From: Candidatus Latescibacterota bacterium
GTDB taxonomy: Bacteria > Latescibacterota > UBA2968
Reading direction: 5' to 3'
Assembly (NCBI GenBank): GCA_965208125.1
Contig: OZ242320.1
Span: 3,936,001-4,000,000, forward strand
Length of the DNA: 64,000 nucleotides
The notes under the pieces are model-generated. The model was not told the DNA's origin, made no database searches, and saw only the letters and a program-made list of their open reading frames with translations. Each line of letters opens with the position of its first letter. Position 1 is the first letter of the stretch. This document shows, in pieces, positions 58,145-64,000 of the stretch. A program made the translations under genes and the position numbers.

Positions 58145-60013
58145 ATGAAGAAACAAACCCCGGAAGCCATTCTGGCTGGATTTGAAAAACGGGTGGACGC
58201 GATGTTCCGGGCAGAATCGGGCACTCCCCTGGTGCGCGCCAAGAAGCAGAAACCTCTCGGCCCGGGGCGCGGTAACTACGTCCGAGCCTACTCCTATTCC
58301 ATGATGGCGTTTGCCGCACGTTGTCTCTACCTTGGCGAGATGCTGGATGAGGCAAATGCCGCACTGGCCGAAAATGCCCAGCACTACCTCGATAACCCAA
58401 AGGACATCAATGACCGCGACAGTTTCCACTGGCATGCGGAAATCGTCATGCGGCTGATCGAGATGTACGGCACCAACGGGACGGAGCATCCTGGCCGCAT
58501 CACCAAAGAGACCGAGGCCCTCGCGCTCAAACCGGTCTGGCTCTATGCCAAAATGTGCTCGTGGCTAAGCAAGGCGGAGGTCAAGGACTCGCAGACCTGG
58601 CACATTTACGGGTCCGAGAACCATCATGCCATGGACTTTACGGTGAATTGGCACTTCTCCAAGCTCGCCAGGAATCTGCCCGAATATAGGAACCTCAAGT
58701 TTGATGACGGCGCCACGGCCGAGGATCACTACCGCGCCTGGAACGAGTACTTCATCGCTTACTGCCGTGAACGGGCCCGCAAGAGCCTGTGTATCGAAAT
58801 GATGAGCGATGGATATAACGCCACGCTGATCAGAGGATTCTATAACTTCTACGACTTCGGTGATCCACCAGTACAGCGCTCGGCCAAGATGTTCCTCGAT
58901 CTCTACTTTGCTTACTGGGCGCAAGAGCAGATTGGTGGGCATATGGGTGGCGGCGGGTCACGCAGAAAGGGGGAGAAAGCGTTCTACCAGAACCGGGATC
59001 ACGGAAACGCTCCGTTGGCCTGGTTCTACTTCGCCATCGGCAAGCAACCAACGGTCAATGGTCATGACGTCAACGCCGCACTCAGCGCTTACCGCCCCCC
59101 GACCGTAGTGGCCGATATCGCGTCCGACGTAAAGGGACGCGGCCGCTACGAAGTGCGACAGCGTACACAGGGTCTCGGGAAACAAGGCCATTCGTTTCCC
59201 ATGGTGGCAGTTGCGAGCAAAGCGCCGAATCAATTACGAACCGACGGTGGTGGCATTCTGCGCTACAGTTTCTGTGACCCTGCCTTCATCTTGGGTACCC
59301 CAATGACCGAGGCGCGACCGCTGTCCGATTGGGTCGCGATCAGCGCACAGAATCGTTGGCAGGGTGTGATCTTTGCTGGCGAAGACGATGCCCGCATCGT
59401 TCCTCTTGTGCGTCCCGAGGACAACAAGGTCGTTCTCAATGCTCAGTGGTCCGTCCAAAGCAAGGGGAGCCTAATCACACAGAAGCTCAAGTACCAAAAG
59501 GGTGGTGCCGAGATGAACGTCTGGATGTCGGAAAAAGGCTTGAGCGCACCAGTTGAGGAAGATGGTGTGGTATTTGTGGAAGCAGAAGGCGCATGGGCAG
59601 CTATTCGCGTGTCCGATGGAGGCTTCACGTGGAAGGATGGCTCATACACCGTCAAGGCTGAAGATGGCAGTACACGTAAGACGCCTCCCGGAAGGATCAT
59701 GGCGCTTAAGGGCGAATACGCCCCCGTCATTCTCGAGGTTATGGCCAAGAGCGATCTCGATAGCTTCGACACGTTCAAAGCGAAGGTAAAAGGTTGTGAG
59801 ATGAGCATGGATGGAGCCATTCTTAGATACACCACGATCTACAGCGACCTGTTGACCTTCGACACCAGCTTTGAGAAAACGCCCAGCATTAACGGCAAGC
59901 CAGTCAACTACGCCCCGAAGAAGGTCTTTGAAAGCCCTTTCCTCAATGCCGACTACAATAGTGGTATCGTCACCATTAGTAAGGGTAAGCGGAAGAAGGT
60001 GTTGGAATTCTGA
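58145..60013 (+). CDS. Hypothetical protein, heparinase/lyase-like architecture
   Basis: Helical N-terminus with SENHH, SDGYN, QNRWQG and a beta-rich C-terminus; function uncertain. Confidence 0.6.
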   Translation: MKKQTPEAILAGFEKRVDAMFRAESGTPLVRAKKQKPLGPGRGNYVRAYSYSMMAFAARCLYLGEMLDEANAALAENAQHYLDNPKDINDRDSFHWHAEIVMRLIEMYGTNGTEHPGRITKETEALALKPVWLYAKMCSWLSKAEVKDSQTWHIYGSENHHAMDFTVNWHFSKLARNLPEYRNLKFDDGATAEDHYRAWNEYFIAYCRERARKSLCIEMMSDGYNATLIRGFYNFYDFGDPPVQRSAKMFLDLYFAYWAQEQIGGHMGGGGSRRKGEKAFYQNRDHGNAPLAWFYFAIGKQPTVNGHDVNAALSAYRPPTVVADIASDVKGRGRYEVRQRTQGLGKQGHSFPMVAVASKAPNQLRTDGGGILRYSFCDPAFILGTPMTEARPLSDWVAISAQNRWQGVIFAGEDDARIVPLVRPEDNKVVLNAQWSVQSKGSLITQKLKYQKGGAEMNVWMSEKGLSAPVEEDGVVFVEAEGAWAAIRVSDGGFTWKDGSYTVKAEDGSTRKTPPGRIMALKGEYAPVILEVMAKSDLDSFDTFKAKVKGCEMSMDGAILRYTTIYSDLLTFDTSFEKTPSINGKPVNYAPKKVFESPFLNADYNSGIVTISKGKRKKVLEF

Positions 60014-60100
60014 ACTACAGAGACCTCAGTGGTAGATGTGGCGTGCTGGGCATGAGACATGAGTCTTGAGGAGGTATATTCAAATTGCTGGGAGTGATAT

Positions 60101-60826
60101 ATGGGCGTAATGACAGATGAACAGAAGAAACACTTTCGCGAAGCAGGATATCTGCTGGCGTCGGGTTTGATTCCCGAGCATGTGGTTCGCAAGGCTGAAG
60201 ACGCGATGTGGGCGGCGTTGGAAATGGACCGTGACGACTCTGAAACCTGGAGGCGTGTGTCCGTGCATGCGATCAATCAACAGCATCGTGCATCGCCAGA
60301 AAATCGAATGTTGAGTTTGCCGGATATCCTGGCGTGTTATACAGATGATATTTTGATCGCAGTTTCTGAATTGACTGGTGTAGATCGCGAGGAGATCTAC
60401 GCGCCGACACGGGTTATGACTCAGAACACGTTTCCGACGGAAGGTGAATGGAGCCACTTGAAACCTCACCTGGATGGTGGATCCGATCCGGTAAAGTACA
60501 ATCGTCCGACGTTTCCCATTCCAATCCTGGTGCATTCAATTCTGTATCTGAGTGATACAGAACCGCACGGGGGATGCACGTTTGGATGGCCTGGTTCACA
60601 TCAAAAGCTTCAGGGTATTGCAGAGGACAACCCAGAGAAATATCCCTACTTGTGGGACGTGAATTTGGGTAAGGACACGGTAGATATTGGTGAAGGTGTG
60701 GAATTGGTGGCAAAGCGTGGAGACATTCTGTTTTACCAAAACTTTTTTTTACATGCAGGAAGCAAGAATATCAATGACTATCCTCGGCTTGCATGTCGTA
60801 ATACATGGAAGTGGAATGCTGTATGA
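60101..60826 (+). CDS. PhyH-family Fe(II)/2OG dioxygenase, canonical HxD
   Basis: FREAGYL, PHLDG, WPGSH, GDILF, HAGSKN, PRL. Confidence 0.85.
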   Translation: MGVMTDEQKKHFREAGYLLASGLIPEHVVRKAEDAMWAALEMDRDDSETWRRVSVHAINQQHRASPENRMLSLPDILACYTDDILIAVSELTGVDREEIYAPTRVMTQNTFPTEGEWSHLKPHLDGGSDPVKYNRPTFPIPILVHSILYLSDTEPHGGCTFGWPGSHQKLQGIAEDNPEKYPYLWDVNLGKDTVDIGEGVELVAKRGDILFYQNFFLHAGSKNINDYPRLACRNTWKWNAV

Positions 60827-60920
60827 GTGAAACAAAGAGCAGACTGGATGTTGGAGCTCTCGGCGAGGAAAACATGGAATCAGACGGCAAAATACGAGAT
60901 GGTAAATCGGGGAACATCAT

Positions 60921-61412
60921 ATGACATTTAAGGATCTGATCAATCGCCATACGTGGCCAGGTGTAAAATATCGATTTTTGGAAACCTATCCCGATGAAGC
61001 AGATTGCATAGACGCATATGCAGATGTGTATGAACGCTTGATCTTGCTGACCCCTGTAGAAACTTCTATGCGACTGAGTGTCACTGAAAAGGTCGGTGAC
61101 GATGGTCGTATCTGGGGAGATGTATCTGGTCTTGACGGCACACGCTGGAAAGATCAGGATGAAAACAGCAGAATGCCAGGATTGGCAGGAGAAGACGAGG
61201 TTTCCTGGGCTATTGAGTTTTGCCCCTGGGAGAAGTGGCTTGGAATGGAGATTGACCCTGAAACATTGCAGCAGTTAGACGAGGTAGATATTCTGGTCCA
61301 CTGTCTTTGGGAAATGACGTTTTGTGGTTTTGAGCAGGAGACCATTCAACAGGAATACAAGCAAATTCTCGATGCCTGGGAATCTGTTAAGAATTCAGAT
61401 TTTTCAACTTGA
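60921..61412 (+). CDS. Hypothetical acidic protein
   Basis: 163 aa with WAIEFCPWEKWLGMEID...HCLWEMTFCGF. Confidence 0.65.
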   Translation: MTFKDLINRHTWPGVKYRFLETYPDEADCIDAYADVYERLILLTPVETSMRLSVTEKVGDDGRIWGDVSGLDGTRWKDQDENSRMPGLAGEDEVSWAIEFCPWEKWLGMEIDPETLQQLDEVDILVHCLWEMTFCGFEQETIQQEYKQILDAWESVKNSDFST

Positions 61413-61474
61413 GCCGGAGTAACAAATGGAGATCAGATAGGACTCGAACTTTCCACAAATAATCTGTTCAAATT

Positions 61475-61513
61475 AGAAAAATGCCGCGAGAAGAAATCTT
61501 ACGGCATTTTTTT
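61475..61513 (+). terminator. Terminator hairpin related to 58085-58123
   Basis: AGAAAAATGCCGCGAGA-agaaa-TCTTACGGCATTTTTTT. Confidence 0.75.
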
Positions 61514-61631
61514 GATTGTTTTTTTATAATTGTTTTTCTTGTTATTTGCCAAAAAATAACAGCAATTCTCATTTAATAATCATTTTTCCGGGATGCGCTA
61601 TGGCTAAACACCATCAAAATCAATCGCTATA

Positions 61632-62222
61632 ATGGAAGCTGTCCCACCCGTGATTCAAGCTGCTGCCATTGCCTATGGATTCGTCTTTCTACACCCTTTT
61701 GAGGATGGTAATGGTCGTATCCACCGCTTCTTGATCCACAATATTCTCGCTCGGCGAGGCTTTACACCCGAAAGCGTTATGTTTCCCATATCGGCAGTCA
61801 TGCTGAAGAATCCATCCGACTACGACGCTTCGCTGGATGCGTTCTCCCGACAACTCATGCCTCTGGTGGAATACACCCTGGAACAGGATGGACGCTTGAC
61901 TGTGCATAACGATACCGCGATATGGTACCGCTATATCGACCTGACTACCCAAGCAGAGGCTCTGTTTCGGTTTATCGACCAGACCATTGATACCGAACTC
62001 GCCGACGAACTGGCCTTCCTGGCCAACTACTATGCGACCAAACAAGCGATCCAAAATACGGTAGATATGCCCGATCGACAGATTGATCTTTTCATTCGCT
62101 TCTGTCTCCAAAACAACGGCCGCCTGTCCGCACGAAAACGCGCAAGCCACTTTGATTATCTGACAGATGAAGAAATCGATGCTATGGAACAGGCTGTGCA
62201 ATTCCCTGAGAGGTCTGCTTGA
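61632..62222 (+). pseudogene. 5'-truncated Fic-family protein
   Basis: HPFEDGNGRIHR lies only about 20 residues from the start, so the N-terminal part is missing; no RBS. Confidence 0.75.
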
Positions 62223-62382
62223 CGATGATCAAGCAATATCGCGGACGATGCTTCAAAGAATCGCGGTCGCATTGAATCAAAGGGTCGAGATTAATTTCGT
62301 GTCAGTGGAAGGGCAACAAGAGGTCGTGTAAAAGTAGCGGGCTGAATAGCGGAATCTGTCCGTAGAAGCGGAATAATTCCAA

Positions 62383-62575
62383 TTTTGGGCGGGTATAAAA
62401 CGCGGGTATAAAGAAATCTACCATCATATGAGTGCAAAACACCTCAACCGGTATGCGGCAGAATACGCCGGACGGCATAATATCAGGGCAGAGGGAGGAT
62501 ATAGAAAAGCAGATGAAATTACTGATTGAAAGTATGGAGGGCAATAAATTGAGATACGATGATTTGGTGACTTGA
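62383..62575 (+). pseudogene. IS1595-family transposase, C-terminal remnant (frameshifted)
   Basis: FWAGIKRGYKEIYHHMSAKHLNRYAAEYAGRHN / DIEKQMKLLIESMEGNKLRYDDLVT*. Confidence 0.8.
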
Positions 62576-62649
62576 CAGAGCACACTATTTCGGTCATATT
62601 TTTTTGAGACTTTAGGTTTACAATAAACTTAAAACAGGGAGTTTTCATA

Positions 62650-62964
62650 ATGGCGCGACAACAAGATGCACAGTCCAAACATGATAAGGAAGTTTTGCGA
62701 TTGGCAGACATGTTTGTCGAATGTAAGTTTCACTCTGTTCGAGCGGATAAAATATTGGGTTATCATCAACCTCCGTTAATTGATGGTATGCGACCTGATA
62801 TTGAGGCTGGACGAGTTAATGCTGAACGTGAGTGGGAGATTGTCATTGTCGAGGTCGAGACTTACGATACAGTCGACTCCGCACACGCTCAAATCCAAAA
62901 GACAACATTCGAGAACTACGCAGCACAACATGAGAACGTTGAATTCAGATTGTATGTCGTATGA
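62650..62964 (+). CDS. Small PD-(D/E)XK-like protein
   Basis: GGGAG RBS; RPDIEA...IVIVEVET; followed by hairpin TGAAGCCCG...CGGGCTTCA. Confidence 0.6.
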   Translation: MARQQDAQSKHDKEVLRLADMFVECKFHSVRADKILGYHQPPLIDGMRPDIEAGRVNAEREWEIVIVEVETYDTVDSAHAQIQKTTFENYAAQHENVEFRLYVV

Positions 62965-63425
62965 AAAATGAAGCCCGAAAGTTCGCACCTTCCGGGCTTC
63001 AAAATAAAATAAGGAGAACAAACATCAACAAAAATAATCTACAAAATTCTATGGGGTCGGACAACCCATTTTTCAAAGAATGGCGTAAAAGGTATAAGAC
63101 TCTCAAGAAAATAGAAAAGGATTGGTTGATGGGGTTGCATTCGACAAGTGCAATGGACAAAGCGGATCTGGATTATTTAGAGATTATTAACCGATCACCT
63201 GCTTCTGAAAATGTGGGATCATTTGGTTGTATTCATTTTTGACAGGTCAAATACCGCATTGGTGTGCATAGCATTGATACTATCGTAAGTGGTTGAGGTC
63301 ATTTGCATATCAGCCTTCATTTTGGCAAGACGGTTTTGAAATCCTTGCATTTCTGGAGTTACCCTGTTTTGGTGGAGTATTTAGGGCTTGGGTATCAACC
63401 CTGTGTTTGATGCAGCTTTCATAAG

Positions 63426-63571
63426 CTATACGCCTTTTTTATAATGGTATATCTTTTCCGTAGAACTGCACTTCGGGCAAAATTCGCCCTTTTCCAGCGC
63501 ACAGATCCAAGATACGACAGACACCCCTCTGGCGTTGCAAACTGGTGCGAAAAGGCAATTAAGCCGTCCAT
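63426..63571 (-). pseudogene. IS1595-family transposase, N-terminal zinc-ribbon remnant
   Basis: AGGAG RBS; MDGLIAFSHQFATPEGCLSYLGSVRWK / GEFCPKCSSTEKIYHYKKGV* with one frameshift. Confidence 0.65.
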
Positions 63572-63625
63572 GACGCGCGCTCCTGTACTTTTGCTTGTCT
63601 TTTGGCTTAACTCACATTCCTTTAG

Positions 63626-63658
63626 AGGGCTTGCGTTGTGAAAGAACGCAAGCCCTAC
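63626..63658 (-). repeat. GTAG-type REP-like palindrome
   Basis: Minus strand reads GTAGGGCTTGCGTT-ctttcac-AACGCAAGCCCT. Confidence 0.6.
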
Positions 63659-63831
63659 TTTTTTATCCCCATAAAAAATAAGGGTTTATGGGTATCAATA
63701 AAGATAACTCCATAAGCCCTTTAAATCAAGCGTTTTTACTGCCTATTTGGGCAGTATTTGGGCAAAATTTGGATTGACAAAGTTGCCGACATGGGTTATT
63801 ATTCTTTGCTCAATCTTTAAGGAGGAAACGA

Positions 63832-64000
63832 ATGAGCGACAAAACAGACATTAGAGATTTAAATATTGACATTCTGAGACGATCAGGGTTTAACTCAAAA
63901 CAGATACGTGGCATATTAGCGATAATTCGGGATCCTAATCTTGCAAGTGAATACGCACATAAACTGCAAAGAGTAGAACCCACATGCGAAGAAGATATTT
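63832..64000 (+). CDS. Hypothetical protein, runs off the right edge
   Basis: TTGACA-N17-TATTAT at 63774-63802, AAGGAGG RBS, MSDKTDIRDLNIDILRRSGF... Confidence 0.65.
   Translation, partial: MSDKTDIRDLNIDILRRSGFNSKQIRGILAIIRDPNLASEYAHKLQRVEPTCEEDI

Noticed and set aside
60823-60924. 33-codon ORF overlapping both neighbours by ATGA
   Set aside because: Too short to assign; it may be another deletion scar but cannot be supported.
55936-61520. Integron cassette array
   Set aside because: The intergenic hairpins look like terminators, lack RYYYAAC/GTTRRRY attC boxes, and no integrase is present.
62961-63242. 93-aa ORF after the PD-(D/E)XK-like gene
   Set aside because: It runs through a terminator hairpin and has no motif; it may be spurious or a fragment.
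1-64000. CRISPR array or cas genes
   Set aside because: No regularly spaced repeat-spacer series was seen. The RuvC protein has IS ends and TnpB size, so it is not Cas12.

Overview
A 64 kb bacterial chromosome window, about 50% GC by eye. The gene content (four PhyH-family dioxygenases, three Gfo/Idh/MocA oxidoreductases, a sulfatase, TonB systems) suggests a Gram-negative marine or sponge-associated heterotroph such as Latescibacterota or Poribacteria; this taxonomy is inference only. The left two-thirds is mostly core or metabolic: S9 peptidase, NatAB-like ABC exporter, parAB, a TonB-dependent receptor, ppdK, tRNA-Lys(UUU), a cysH-cysM-mec-cysO-Rrf2-cysK sulfur cluster, rpsT and xylA. It also holds three accessory modules: an ABC-ATPase + TOPRIM-like (DUF4276-like) pair, a TnpB-only IS200/IS605 element with readable ends, and a BlaI / BlaR1-DUF4837-like fusion / TonB locus with three palindromic operator copies. 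The right third (about 45.9-64 kb) is a decaying mosaic island: sulfatase, GH117-like hydrolase, anhydrogalactonate cycloisomerase-like enolase, orphan AbiEi antitoxin, several gene remnants, Fic and IS1595 relics, and a recent tandem duplication of an Fe/2OG enzyme around a SAM methyltransferase. Both duplicated copies lack the iron-binding carboxylate (H-G-G and H-G-S instead of H-x-D), which is the signature of radical halogenases. This is the best candidate for an undescribed system. No CRISPR array, rRNA, reverse transcriptase or integrase was seen. Family assignments come from motifs recognised by eye, not from database searches.
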